Assembly: GCA_043809315.1 (NCBI GenBank)
Contig: JAZDDX010000024.1
Coordinates: 68,167-132,166 of the forward strand
Length of the DNA: 64,000 bases
Direction of reading: 5' to 3'
DNA from: Pseudomonadota bacterium
GTDB taxonomy: Bacteria; Bdellovibrionota_G; JALEGL01; DATDPG01
Shown here: positions 8,930 to 18,515 of the stretch, piece by piece
Layout: every line of letters starts with the position of its first letter
Position numbering within the stretch: position 1 is the stretch's first letter
Position numbers and translations under genes: made by a program
The notes under the pieces: generated by a model
The model's input: the letters and a program-made list of their open reading frames with translations, nothing else
Database searches by the model: none
Told to the model about the DNA's origin: nothing

Positions 8930-10363
8930 TTACCAGAGGTTGTTCGGGTATCCAGGAAGATATCGGTAGTTCCCGGCGTGGCACTCTTGGCACTTTCCGT
9001 GATCCCAGAAGCTGACCGGGCCGGGGTCGGTCGGGAGGATGTAACTCCGCAGGAGATGGGAGTCATCGTTCCCGTGCGGGTCGTGGCATGAGAGGCACGA
9101 CGCCCCCGTGATCGCGAGGTGGTACCAGTGGAGGTTCTCGACCGTCGTCGTCCCCGTCTTCACGAACTGCGTCGGAAGGGAAGAGGAGGGGCGGGCGATC
9201 GTCGCCGGTCGTTTGAACGACGGGGCGGTGACGTACGTTGCGTAATCGTGGCAGCGGAAACAGGAGTAGTTTTGGGTGTTCCCGGAGAGCCAGAACATCG
9301 CATCTTCCGTCTCGAGGAGATGGGTGTGCTCCGAGCCGTGCGGCGCGTGGCACGCGGTGCAATTCCCTTTTTGGAACGGGTCATGGAGGTTCCGGCTGTT
9401 GTTCAAAATCGCCTGCATGTTCCGTGTCGTTCCGTACTGCGTGGAGGTGAGTTCGGCATTGTGGCAGTTGAAGCAGAGTTGCGGCTCTGAGGCGGTCAGA
9501 AGATGCGGCAGCGTTCCGTTGTGTGGCCGGTGGCAGCGGAGGCACGAATCACCGGTCTGGGCGACGGAATGTTTGTACGTCGTGACCTTGCCGAGATCGA
9601 TGTGGCACTTCGTGCAGAGAACCGGCGGAGCGGCGGCAAGAAGGTGAGGGCCGGCCGCCTTGTTGACGTCCGTCACGTGACACGCCGTGCAGGGGCCGTT
9701 CTTGGCTGGCTCATGCTGGACGGCGATCGAAGGGTCGGGAAGATCGTCGTGGCAGGTGACGCAATTGGGTGTGAGGCCAGGACTTGCCCGAAAGATTCCG
9801 TGGCAGTTCGAGCATTCCGGAAGACCGGTCGCGAATTGGCCGAGCGCTCGTGCCCCATGGGCGCCGGCGTTCTTCCAGCCCGGGTCGTGGGGGTACTGCG
9901 AGTGACATCTCCGGCAACTGACGGAGGAGAGCCCCCCCTGTAGGCCGGCGCCGTGGCAGGAGGTGGCGCAGTTCGTCCGAATCGCACCCGACATCGCATT
10001 CGAAGTGGAGGCGATCGTCGTGATATGGACGTTGGTCGCACCCCAACCGTCCGGATGAGGGAAGTTCGTATGGCAACTCTTGCATCCGGGAGGACCGTCG
10101 GTTCCGTTGCCGGTTCCGTTCAGGTCGTGGCATTCGTTGCATCGGTCGACGGCCAGCTTGCCGCTTGGATCGATGGCAGCAACACCGTGCGCATTCGGTT
10201 CGGCCCAACCCATGAGATGCGGAAATACGACGTAGTTTCCGTTCCCGTAGGCGGTGGCGGCGTTTCCATTTCCCCGTTTGTGGGTAGCGTTTTCCGCGCA
10301 CCCACCCGCGAAGATCAGGAGCGTGGCAGCCGCTACGGTCCGAATTGACAGCAAATGACGCAT
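8930..10363 (-). CDS. Multiheme c-type cytochrome lipoprotein (13 CxxCH + 1 CxxxCH)
   Basis: Lipoprotein-like signal ending FAGGC; heme motifs counted in translation; paired CxxCH..PH...LL...LCxxCH units in C-half. Confidence 0.88.
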   Translation of the reverse strand: MRHLLSIRTVAAATLLIFAGGCAENATHKRGNGNAATAYGNGNYVVFPHLMGWAEPNAHGVAAIDPSGKLAVDRCNECHDLNGTGNGTDGPPGCKSCHTNFPHPDGWGATNVHITTIASTSNAMSGAIRTNCATSCHGAGLQGGLSSVSCRRCHSQYPHDPGWKNAGAHGARALGQFATGLPECSNCHGIFRASPGLTPNCVTCHDDLPDPSIAVQHEPAKNGPCTACHVTDVNKAAGPHLLAAAPPVLCTKCHIDLGKVTTYKHSVAQTGDSCLRCHRPHNGTLPHLLTASEPQLCFNCHNAELTSTQYGTTRNMQAILNNSRNLHDPFQKGNCTACHAPHGSEHTHLLETEDAMFWLSGNTQNYSCFRCHDYATYVTAPSFKRPATIARPSSSLPTQFVKTGTTTVENLHWYHLAITGASCLSCHDPHGNDDSHLLRSYILPTDPGPVSFWDHGKCQECHAGNYRYLPGYPNNLW

Positions 10364-10412
10364 CGTGTAGAAACGCCTATTATCCGAACTCGCTTCGGAG
10401 TGCAACGCAAAG
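10364..10412. promoter_or_regulatory. 49-bp divergent intergenic region with palindrome TCCGAA-N5-TTCGGA
   Basis: Inverted repeat at 10383-10399 between the two cytochrome starts. Confidence 0.35.
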
Positions 10413-11297
10413 ATGAAACCGGCCCTTCGATGGATCTGTTGGTTGACCGTGACCACCCTGCCCGTGGGGGATGCCCTCTTTGCACAGCAAGCAGGCGAGT
10501 CTCCGTATCAGGGGAGCGCGGCCTGTTTGGTCTGTCACGACGCGAAGTTGCAACTCTTCCCCCACAACAACATGACCGAGACCGCCGCTTCGGCGGCAAA
10601 GATCCGAAAAAACCCGGCCTGCGAGAGCTGCCATGGACCGGGGACGGAGCACGTCAACGCAGACGACGCCGACAAACCGGCGAAGATCTACGGTCCCAAG
10701 AACATCAAGGAGATCGAAAAGTTCGAGGAGCAGTGCCTTGGTTGCCACAAGGATAGCCCGGAAAAGGTCGGGGAGTTTCCGTTTAGTGCGCACAAGAGCC
10801 ACGACATCACCTGCTCGAACTGTCATCAGGTTCACGTCCCAGGAACTTTCAAGCCTTCACAGCCGGAGATCTGCTTTACCTGTCACCGCGACGTTCGTGC
10901 TCAATTCAACAAAATCTACGTTCACCCATCCGTAGCACGCGATCCAAATGGACCGTATGAGGACGGGAAACTGTACTGGTGCCAAGCTTGCCACAATCCC
11001 CACGAGCGTTCCTTGCGGTCCGAATTGAAGAAAGAACGCTGCCTTGAGTGTCATCAGGACAAAGGGGGCGGGGGGACCTTCGAGCATGCCGGGAACAACG
11101 AAGACGGCTGTCTGACCTGCCACGATCCACATGGCGCTGGCCGTCGATTCCTACTCAAAGCGGAAGTACGGATGGTCTGCCTCGATTGTCATTCCGACAA
11201 GTACAGGAAGCATCACGAAGCTTCTGGCAAGACCTGTCTCGCCTGCCACGCGAACGCGTTCCACGGCGACGGCCTTGCTCCCCGGAGTGTTAAATGA
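10413..11297 (+). CDS. MtrA/DmsE-like periplasmic decaheme cytochrome c
   Basis: Signal peptide, exactly 10 CxxCH, YQGSAACLVCH and CESCHGPG..H motifs. Confidence 0.85.
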   Translation: MKPALRWICWLTVTTLPVGDALFAQQAGESPYQGSAACLVCHDAKLQLFPHNNMTETAASAAKIRKNPACESCHGPGTEHVNADDADKPAKIYGPKNIKEIEKFEEQCLGCHKDSPEKVGEFPFSAHKSHDITCSNCHQVHVPGTFKPSQPEICFTCHRDVRAQFNKIYVHPSVARDPNGPYEDGKLYWCQACHNPHERSLRSELKKERCLECHQDKGGGGTFEHAGNNEDGCLTCHDPHGAGRRFLLKAEVRMVCLDCHSDKYRKHHEASGKTCLACHANAFHGDGLAPRSVK

Positions 11298-13216
11298 ACC
11301 GGCATGGGTTCCATCTGGGGCTGTTGCTTCTTCTCGTGACGATGCCCGTGGAGGCTCAATCCGATAGCACCGCGGTCGCTTCCGACACGTCCCACGTTGC
11401 CGTGGCTCAGGAGCCTCAAAAACCATTCGATCCTTCTGCACCGGTGACAACCGTGAAGGTGGAGTTCCGCCCGATCCAGACGCTTTCTGGGGAGAACGAC
11501 ATGTACCGGTCGCAGCACAATCCCAACATGCGTCTGCTTGATCTGACGCTCCGAATGCAGCGGCCGACCGGCGTCTACGACGAGATGCGCTTCGAGCTCT
11601 CGGGGCTCCGGAACCCCAACACGTTCGACGATATCGACGTGACGCTCCGGAAGATCCGCAAATACCAGCTGAACCTCTATCACCGACGGCAAAAGACGTT
11701 CTTCTCCGACGAGGGGGGGGACCTTCAGGGGAGCGGGTTCGACATCGAAACGCGCGAAACCGGAGGAAAGCTCGCGCTTTCGCCACTGCGCAACTTCGCG
11801 GTGAACTTCGGGTATGCCCGGCGCGAGTCGGACGGCCAGCTTGGATCCTCATATCATTCCCCGTGGGACGAGTTTCCTCTCACATCCATCCGGAACTGGT
11901 TGTCCGATCGTTACTCGGGCGGGATGACACTGAACACCGGGAACTTCATGATCGGTGTCGATCAGAGCTATCGCCAACTTCACGTGAACGAGAACATCGT
12001 TCTGCGGGACGGGGGGAGCGAAGGGGCCGACGGATCGGACCAGGCACAACTCCTCTCGTACGGCATCAACAAACCGAGGGACGGGGAGTTCTACAAAACG
12101 AACGCCAAGCTCCAGTGGCACAAGGGGCCCATTCAGATCCTGGCTCGCTACGTGGCGATCCGCGACGAGATCTCTTTGAACGCCCTCGGATCCCTTTCAC
12201 AGACGAACCCGGTCGGGACGCTCGCGACCGAAAGCGATACCTGGAAGAGCTCTGTAAAGAGGTTCACCGATCGCGGCGAGGTGGTCGCGCGCTGGAAGGT
12301 CGCTCGTCCAGCTGTTTTAGCCCTGCGGATCGAGACCGAGCAGTATGCGATGGACGGGACCACACGACAGAAAGTCTCGGGCCTTAACTTCGGAATCCCG
12401 GTGGAACTCGATCAGGTTTACAAGCGATCCACGGCGATCGGCACGAACTCCGTGAACGCCTCAGCCGAATTCGGCCCGTTCGGGCCGCTGACGATCGATC
12501 TCGGTACCTCCGCCTTCGGGCGCAAGGTCGAGACGAAGAACACCGACGCCGACGTCGTGACCTCGAGCACCGTCGAGCAGGGAGGGATCTCGTTCAACGC
12601 GGGGGCTCGTCTCTCCTGGCCCTGGTGTAAGATCGAAGGAAAATATCAGGGTGGGAAGATCGATAATGCTCTTACCGCATTGACTCCGTTGACCGGCTCG
12701 AAGTCGGAAGGAAGCATTCACCTCATTCCCAAGGAGGGGTTCGACCTTTACGGGAAGGTCGTCTCCCGCAAGCGGACGAACGACCATACGCTGGTTGGAA
12801 TCGGCCCGGTCTTTGATTCCAATTGGCTCACGATGACAATGGGGGCGTCTATCGACGTAAAGCCGTTTCACCTCGATTTCACCCACGCGCTCTTCAACAC
12901 GACGACCGGAGCAGTTGTATTGGATCAGGCCGATGGCGCGATGGTCGGCCGGATCTTGACCGACGATCTGAACGACGCCTCCAACAGTGTCAATGCATCG
13001 GTCGACCTCGGTTTCTGCCGGGCGGAGTTCAAGGCGTTTCAAAGCGACGTATCGGGGAGCTATCCGTACACCACCTCAAGGATCGAGCCGAAGCTCTTCT
13101 TCCAGCTTCCCTACGGTTTCGGCGTCGGTGTCGGCGGGTTCCGGTACAGATTCGATAATCCGACGACGAACTACGACGTCAGCGGCGCGGTCGTTTCGAT
13201 TCAGATCAACCAGTAA
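11294..13216 (+). CDS. Outer membrane beta-barrel, putative MtrB/PioB-like porin
   Basis: ATGA overlap with decaheme gene; signal peptide; 640 aa of alternating amphipathic strands. Confidence 0.7.
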   Translation: MNRHGFHLGLLLLLVTMPVEAQSDSTAVASDTSHVAVAQEPQKPFDPSAPVTTVKVEFRPIQTLSGENDMYRSQHNPNMRLLDLTLRMQRPTGVYDEMRFELSGLRNPNTFDDIDVTLRKIRKYQLNLYHRRQKTFFSDEGGDLQGSGFDIETRETGGKLALSPLRNFAVNFGYARRESDGQLGSSYHSPWDEFPLTSIRNWLSDRYSGGMTLNTGNFMIGVDQSYRQLHVNENIVLRDGGSEGADGSDQAQLLSYGINKPRDGEFYKTNAKLQWHKGPIQILARYVAIRDEISLNALGSLSQTNPVGTLATESDTWKSSVKRFTDRGEVVARWKVARPAVLALRIETEQYAMDGTTRQKVSGLNFGIPVELDQVYKRSTAIGTNSVNASAEFGPFGPLTIDLGTSAFGRKVETKNTDADVVTSSTVEQGGISFNAGARLSWPWCKIEGKYQGGKIDNALTALTPLTGSKSEGSIHLIPKEGFDLYGKVVSRKRTNDHTLVGIGPVFDSNWLTMTMGASIDVKPFHLDFTHALFNTTTGAVVLDQADGAMVGRILTDDLNDASNSVNASVDLGFCRAEFKAFQSDVSGSYPYTTSRIEPKLFFQLPYGFGVGVGGFRYRFDNPTTNYDVSGAVVSIQINQ

Positions 13217-13220
13217 AAAA

Positions 13221-13673
13221 CTACGGAAGGGTCGTGTGGCAGGTGGAGCAGGCAGGGGATTTTCCCGGACTCGTTCCGCCGGTCGCATGGCACGACGTAC
13301 ACCCCGAGTATCCGCTGTTGGCCGTCTCTTTCGCTTCCGTCCCGTGTCGATAAGCCGCAACCCATTGATCCCGGTGCGGGTAGCCGGCGTGACAGCTGCG
13401 GCATCCAGGAGGGCCGTCCGTTCTTCTCCCATCGATGTCGTGACATCCGTTGCATCGTTCGACGGCTAGCTTCCCGTCCGTACCCAGCGCTAGTGGTCCA
13501 TGAGCGGCCATCGCGGCGAATCCGGAAGGATGTGGGAAGGTGATGGCGATCCCCTGGCCGTCGGAGGTGAAGATTTCAGCCGTCGTGCCGGTCCGGACCG
13601 AGGTTCCACCGCAAGCACCAACCAGAAAACCGATCAAGACGAGGAGAGCGGGGGGGGGAAATCGGCGGCGCAT
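13221..13673 (-). CDS. Tetraheme c-type cytochrome lipoprotein
   Basis: Lipobox VGAC; CNGCH, CRSCH, CTSCH, CSTCH; similar to N-terminus of 8930-10363. Confidence 0.85.
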   Translation of the reverse strand: MRRRFPPPALLVLIGFLVGACGGTSVRTGTTAEIFTSDGQGIAITFPHPSGFAAMAAHGPLALGTDGKLAVERCNGCHDIDGRRTDGPPGCRSCHAGYPHRDQWVAAYRHGTEAKETANSGYSGCTSCHATGGTSPGKSPACSTCHTTLP

Positions 13674-13697
13674 TTGAGTGATGCCCCGCGTCATATC

Positions 13698-14891
13698 TCA
13701 GTTCGACGAACTTTTCAAGGGGGAATTGGAAGGGGAAAGAAAGGGGATCAGCAGCAGAGCAAGGACGGCGACCGCGCTTCCGAAATAGAACGGTGCGGCC
13801 GGCGAAATCTTGTCCCACAGGAGTCCGGCGACGACGCTCGAAACAACCGTGGTGAGTCCCGTCGACATCTGAAAAAGTCCCATCGCCGTTCCCCGGCGGT
13901 CGGCCGGAGCGTTCTCGGCGATCAGCGCCTTCCCGACCCCATGGACGAGGCCGATGTAACAACCGTATAGGGCGAAGAGGGGGAATACGGTGATCATCGT
14001 CGCCTTGGCAAAACCGAAATAGACGGCCGCGTAAATCCCCCAGCCGAGAGCGATCACCCGCCAGCGTCCGAGACGGTCGCTTACGATTCCAGCCGGGTAG
14101 GAGATGGCGGCGTACGTGAGGTTGTAAATGGCATAAGCGAGGATCACCGTCGAATCTGCGAGGCCGACGCTTTTCGCCCGGAGAAGGAGGAGCGTGTCGC
14201 TGCTGTTGGCAAGAGCGAAGAGAAGAAACAGAGCGAGAGTGCGCCAGTACGACGCCGGGAAATCAAACCATTCCCGGAGCGAGGGTCGGGGGAGGGTTGC
14301 AGCAGGTCGGGGAGCGGCTTCCCGGAGCCGAAACGCGAGCCAGACGGCGGCTATGCCGGGGAGAACGGCCAAGACGAAGATCATCCGATAGCTCTGGGGC
14401 AGGAAGCGGAGGAGAAGGGCCGAGAGGAGTACGCCGGTCAACGCCCCGGCGGTGTCCATGGCGCGGTGAAACCCGAACCCGCGGCCGAGGTTTTCTTTCG
14501 TGCTTCCATCCGCGATCAGCGCGTCCCGGGCGGAACTCCGGAGCCCTTTTCCGACCCGGTCCAACGAGCGGGCGAACAGAACAACCGGCCAGTGGAACGC
14601 AAGCGCCAGGAGGGGCTTCGAAGCGGCCGCCAGGCCGTATCCCCAGCGAATGAGCGGGAGCCTTCGTCCTGAACGATCGCTCTGCCAGCCGGAGAGGCCG
14701 TTCATGACGTTGACGATCCCCTCGGCGACTCCCTCGATCGAGCCAAGGACGACGACGGGCAGTCCCAGAACGCCGACGACGAAGAGGGGGATGACGGGGT
14801 AGACCATCTCCGATGCGACGTCGGTCAGAAAGCTGATCCAGCCGAGCTTACGTACGGTCGGCGACAGCCTGGGCGGTTTCGTTGGATTCAT
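13698..14891 (-). CDS. MFS transporter
   Basis: About 12 TM; SFLTDVASEMVYP, SDRSGRR, DRVGKGLRSSARDALI. Confidence 0.9.
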   Translation of the reverse strand: MNPTKPPRLSPTVRKLGWISFLTDVASEMVYPVIPLFVVGVLGLPVVVLGSIEGVAEGIVNVMNGLSGWQSDRSGRRLPLIRWGYGLAAASKPLLALAFHWPVVLFARSLDRVGKGLRSSARDALIADGSTKENLGRGFGFHRAMDTAGALTGVLLSALLLRFLPQSYRMIFVLAVLPGIAAVWLAFRLREAAPRPAATLPRPSLREWFDFPASYWRTLALFLLFALANSSDTLLLLRAKSVGLADSTVILAYAIYNLTYAAISYPAGIVSDRLGRWRVIALGWGIYAAVYFGFAKATMITVFPLFALYGCYIGLVHGVGKALIAENAPADRRGTAMGLFQMSTGLTTVVSSVVAGLLWDKISPAAPFYFGSAVAVLALLLIPFLSPSNSPLKSSSN

Positions 14892-16137
14892 GGCTCAGAA
14901 GTTTGGAGTTGAAGAAAGCGATGCCAAGCCAGAGGCCGGCTGCGGCAAGCGCGATCCACGAATAGAACGTCGACATCGCGAGCCCGGCCCGTTGCAGAAG
15001 AACCACGACGACCGAGGTCCCCCCTTTTGCGAATCGGTATCCGAACGTGTCGATCATCTCCTTGGCGCGGTAGCGGGCGTCGAAAGAGAGCGGGATGTAG
15101 AGCGTCTCCTTGGCGGCTCCGAAGAGGGAGTAATCGAACGCCTTGAAGGCGAAGAAGCAGAGTCCAGCCGTCCAAAGGGACGGGGAGGCGGAGAGAATCC
15201 CGGCGGTGATCACGTTGACCGCGGCGACCCCCCCCAGGATCCAGAAGGCCGGGATCCTCCTCATCAGGAGGGGGGCGATCAGGAACTGAAGAAAGAGACC
15301 GACCGCATTGAGTCCGGTGAAGAACCTCCCGGAAAACGCGGTCTGCCGGTTGACGTCGGGGATCGCGTCCTGCAGTAACCCCTCGTATCGAAAATTCGCC
15401 GTAGCGGAAACGATCTGACTTAAAAGGACGAGCCCGAGGACCACGGCTAAAACCGGAACGGATCGAAAGAGGTGCAGACCGAGCTGGCCCCGTTTCCCTT
15501 TCTCCTCGCCAGTGGTCGGCACCGGCTCGCCGCAGAGGCGATAGGCGATGTCGGAGCAAAGAGCCGCCGGGACGAACGATATCGTCCCCAGAAGAAGGAG
15601 CGTGTGGGCTCCGAGTCGCACCGCAAGAGTGGAGGTCAGGAGTCCGCCGGCGATCGCCCCGAGGGAGGAGATCCCGATGACCGGCCCGTTCCAGCTCCGG
15701 GCGTTCCCGATCCGGAGCGTCGAGTTCAGGAACGACCAGTACTGGGCGATGATCAGGATCACGTACGCTTCCTTGAGGATCCACATCGCGCCGGTGGCGG
15801 CTCGCGAGCCGCTCTCGATCCCCGCGATGCAGGCGAGAGCGAGGAGCCCGGAAAAGAGCGTCGTGACGAGGAGGGCCCGGCGGGGTCCCAGCCAAGAGAG
15901 GAATCGAGCGTAGAAGTAGATCATGGCGAGGAGGCCGAACGGCATCAGCGCGGTCACCGCGGGGAGCGCGTCGGCGCCGTACGCCGCTTTGAAGAGGGAG
16001 TTCGAGGAACTTCGGAACAGCTCGTAGCCGCAGAGAAGGAATGCGGCCGCCATTCCCATCGGGATCACCGCCCGAAGATGTTGCCGGGGGGGTCGATTCA
16101 CGGCGTAACAATATGCGGTGATTCCGTTTCGTGGCAA
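14848..16137 (-). CDS. NTT/TLC (Npt1/Npt2-like) nucleotide transporter family protein
   Basis: Polytopic; KAFDYSLFGAAKETLYIPL...RYRAKEMIDTFGYRFAKG; start uncertain. Confidence 0.7.
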   Translation of the reverse strand: MPRNGITAYCYAVNRPPRQHLRAVIPMGMAAAFLLCGYELFRSSSNSLFKAAYGADALPAVTALMPFGLLAMIYFYARFLSWLGPRRALLVTTLFSGLLALACIAGIESGSRAATGAMWILKEAYVILIIAQYWSFLNSTLRIGNARSWNGPVIGISSLGAIAGGLLTSTLAVRLGAHTLLLLGTISFVPAALCSDIAYRLCGEPVPTTGEEKGKRGQLGLHLFRSVPVLAVVLGLVLLSQIVSATANFRYEGLLQDAIPDVNRQTAFSGRFFTGLNAVGLFLQFLIAPLLMRRIPAFWILGGVAAVNVITAGILSASPSLWTAGLCFFAFKAFDYSLFGAAKETLYIPLSFDARYRAKEMIDTFGYRFAKGGTSVVVVLLQRAGLAMSTFYSWIALAAAGLWLGIAFFNSKLLSHESNETAQAVADRT

Positions 16138-16160
16138 GGTTCGTTATAAGAGTTCGCTTC

Positions 16161-17879
16161 ATGAAACGGTCTACGTGGCTCACCCTGGCTCTTCTCGCGA
16201 CGGCGTTCGCCGTCTACGGGATCTCGCTCCGGAACCCCCTCTATTTTGACGATCTGACGATTCTCCTGGGGAACACGTGGCTCTACAAAGGATCGTTCTT
16301 GAACTGGTTCGTCTCCCCGTTCCTCGACTTCTCCCAGAACTTCCCGGGGTATCGACCGCTTTTAATGATGAGTTTCGCGGCGAATGTACGTCTTCTCGGG
16401 GATTCGGCCGCCGCGATCCGGATCGTCAACCTCCTGCTTCACGCGTTCAACGCACTCCTCCTGGCCCGGATCCTGTCGCGCTTGATCCGCGATGAGTCGA
16501 TGAAGTGGATGGCATGGGGAGCCGCGTTCCTCTTTCTTCTGCATCCGATTCAAACCCTGGGCGTCAATTTTCTCTGGAAGAGGAGCACGCTCCTCTCGGT
16601 CTTTTTCATCCTGGCCGGAGTGTTCTGGCACGTTCGAGAGCGGCAGCGGTTCGCGGCCTACCGGTGGAGATCGGTCCTCGCCCAGGGTCTGATTCTGGTC
16701 GTTGCCTTCTTCTGCAAGGAGGATGCGCTTGTTCTCGGTCCGCTCCTTCTTCTGGTCGACCTCTGTTTTTTCCGGGAGCGGAAGACATGGTTGGGACTCT
16801 CTTCTCTGGCGCTCTATCTCCTGTTGGCGGCTCTGAGTCTGCTGCTCTTGTGGTTCCGGCTTTCCGTTGTGAATTCGTGGATCGTGGTCCTGAAACAATC
16901 GAAGGCGGTCGACCGCCGTGGCACGGACCGGTTTACGTATCTGCTTTTCTCCGCCGATGTCGTCCGAAGGTACCTCTTGCTTTGGCTCGTTCCGAAACCT
17001 CTTCTTCTGGATGATCCGTCTCCCCTCAAGAGCTTTCCTTGGGCCGGTCTGGTGGCCTACGTCTTGTCGGTCGTAGGAACGGTTCTTCTCGTGATCCGTT
17101 TCCGTGCGAAACCGATCGTGTGGTTCGCGTTGGGGATGTTCTGGATCGGCCTCGCCCCCACGACCGGGCCGCTTCCGATCTATCTCGTGATGGACCAGAT
17201 CCGAATGTACCTCCCTCTCGCGGGACTCTGTTTTCTGCTGGTGTTCGGGTTGGACGCGGCGGCCAGAAAGGTTCGCGCAGCGCCGCTCCTGCTGGTTTGC
17301 GCGGTGGGGGTCGCCTACGGAGCGGAAAGTTTCCTTCAGAACCTCCGGTACCGTCATCCGATCGCGATCTGGGGGGATGTGCTCGAGGAGTATCCGGAGA
17401 GCGGGATGGCGTGGGAGTACATGGCCGCCTCTATGGATATGGCCGGCCTGGAGGAAGAGAAGGCGTTCGCCTGGGATATGGCCGGACGGGTCGAATCCGG
17501 CGCCCCGATCTATCGTGTGTTTCAGAAGTTGATGAAGCTCGAGAAGGTGTCGTCGAAGGAACGGAAAAAAGGGCTCGACGCGATCAACTTCAGCGATTTC
17601 AATCCGCGACAGCTGGTGAACATCGCGACCTGGGAGGCGAAGCACGGGGAGGAGAAACGTGCGGAAGCCCATTTTCTCGAGGCGATCGGGCGCAACCCTT
17701 GGAGCTTCACGGCCCACTTCAATCTGGGAATCTTGTCGGAGAAACTCGGGAAGCTCGATCAGGCACGGCGAGCTTTTTCCAACGCGCTTTTCCTGGCGCC
17801 GCAGGATCCCCGTGCGCAGGCGGCCGTCAAGCGTCTCGGCCGTCCGGCCGGACCTCCCGAAATCGTCCTACCGCACTGA
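16161..17879 (+). CDS. TMTC-like GT-C membrane protein with C-terminal TPR (putative protein O-glycosyltransferase)
   Basis: FDD after TM1, YRPL, HAFN, FLLHPIQ, KE, RMYLP, TPR (AHFNLG). Confidence 0.75.
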   Translation: MKRSTWLTLALLATAFAVYGISLRNPLYFDDLTILLGNTWLYKGSFLNWFVSPFLDFSQNFPGYRPLLMMSFAANVRLLGDSAAAIRIVNLLLHAFNALLLARILSRLIRDESMKWMAWGAAFLFLLHPIQTLGVNFLWKRSTLLSVFFILAGVFWHVRERQRFAAYRWRSVLAQGLILVVAFFCKEDALVLGPLLLLVDLCFFRERKTWLGLSSLALYLLLAALSLLLLWFRLSVVNSWIVVLKQSKAVDRRGTDRFTYLLFSADVVRRYLLLWLVPKPLLLDDPSPLKSFPWAGLVAYVLSVVGTVLLVIRFRAKPIVWFALGMFWIGLAPTTGPLPIYLVMDQIRMYLPLAGLCFLLVFGLDAAARKVRAAPLLLVCAVGVAYGAESFLQNLRYRHPIAIWGDVLEEYPESGMAWEYMAASMDMAGLEEEKAFAWDMAGRVESGAPIYRVFQKLMKLEKVSSKERKKGLDAINFSDFNPRQLVNIATWEAKHGEEKRAEAHFLEAIGRNPWSFTAHFNLGILSEKLGKLDQARRAFSNALFLAPQDPRAQAAVKRLGRPAGPPEIVLPH

Positions 17880-17886
17880 ATTCGGA

Positions 17887-18471
17887 TCAACCGCCGTGGG
17901 AATAGTACGGGTTTTGCCCTCCCGCGTGGTCCGTTACATCGACCACTTCCTCGATCCCCGGGACTTCCTCTTTGATCCGGGTCTCGATGCCGTGGCGTAA
18001 GGTGACCTTCGCCATCCCGCATCCCTGGCAACCGCCGCTCAATGTTACGAGAACCTTATTTCCTTGGATGTCGATCAACTCGACACGTCCGCCGTGCGAG
18101 GCGAGGTTCGGATTGATCTCGCTGTCGAGCAACGCCTGAATCTTCTGTGCCCGCGGATCGCTCAGGTTGTTCTGCGGCTTGTTCGGGTTTTCGACCTTAA
18201 ACCCGGAACCGTACGAACTGTCGGCCCAGTCGACGCGGGCCCCTTTCAGATTCTTCGCGCTCTCCGCATCGATGTGGGTCACGAAACCGCCGATCTCGAC
18301 GACCGAGTCGTCCTCTTTCTTGTTCTTCTCGTCGTCCAAGAAGAACTGATAGTTGAATGTCGAAGCGGTCCGCCCCGAGATCGAGATCCGCAACACCTGT
18401 CCCTTTCGGGCGGCGTTCGTCTTGAGGAACGATAGAACTTTTTCTTTTGCAGTATCCGTGAATGTAATCAT
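17887..18471 (-). CDS. nfuA: Fe-S cluster carrier NfuA
   Basis: A-type-like N-domain (GFKVENPN) plus NifU-C INPNLASHGG...GGCQGC. Confidence 0.9.
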   Translation of the reverse strand: MITFTDTAKEKVLSFLKTNAARKGQVLRISISGRTASTFNYQFFLDDEKNKKEDDSVVEIGGFVTHIDAESAKNLKGARVDWADSSYGSGFKVENPNKPQNNLSDPRAQKIQALLDSEINPNLASHGGRVELIDIQGNKVLVTLSGGCQGCGMAKVTLRHGIETRIKEEVPGIEEVVDVTDHAGGQNPYYSHGG

Positions 18472-18515
18472 TTTGTTGTACTCCGGCCCGGATGGTAGAC
18501 TATTTCAGTCGATCA

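Noticed and set aside
8920-8935. Leaderless promoter TGgTAAAGT for the cysteine synthase
   Set aside because: The hexamer includes the upstream gene's TAA stop, so it may be coincidental; not counted as evidence
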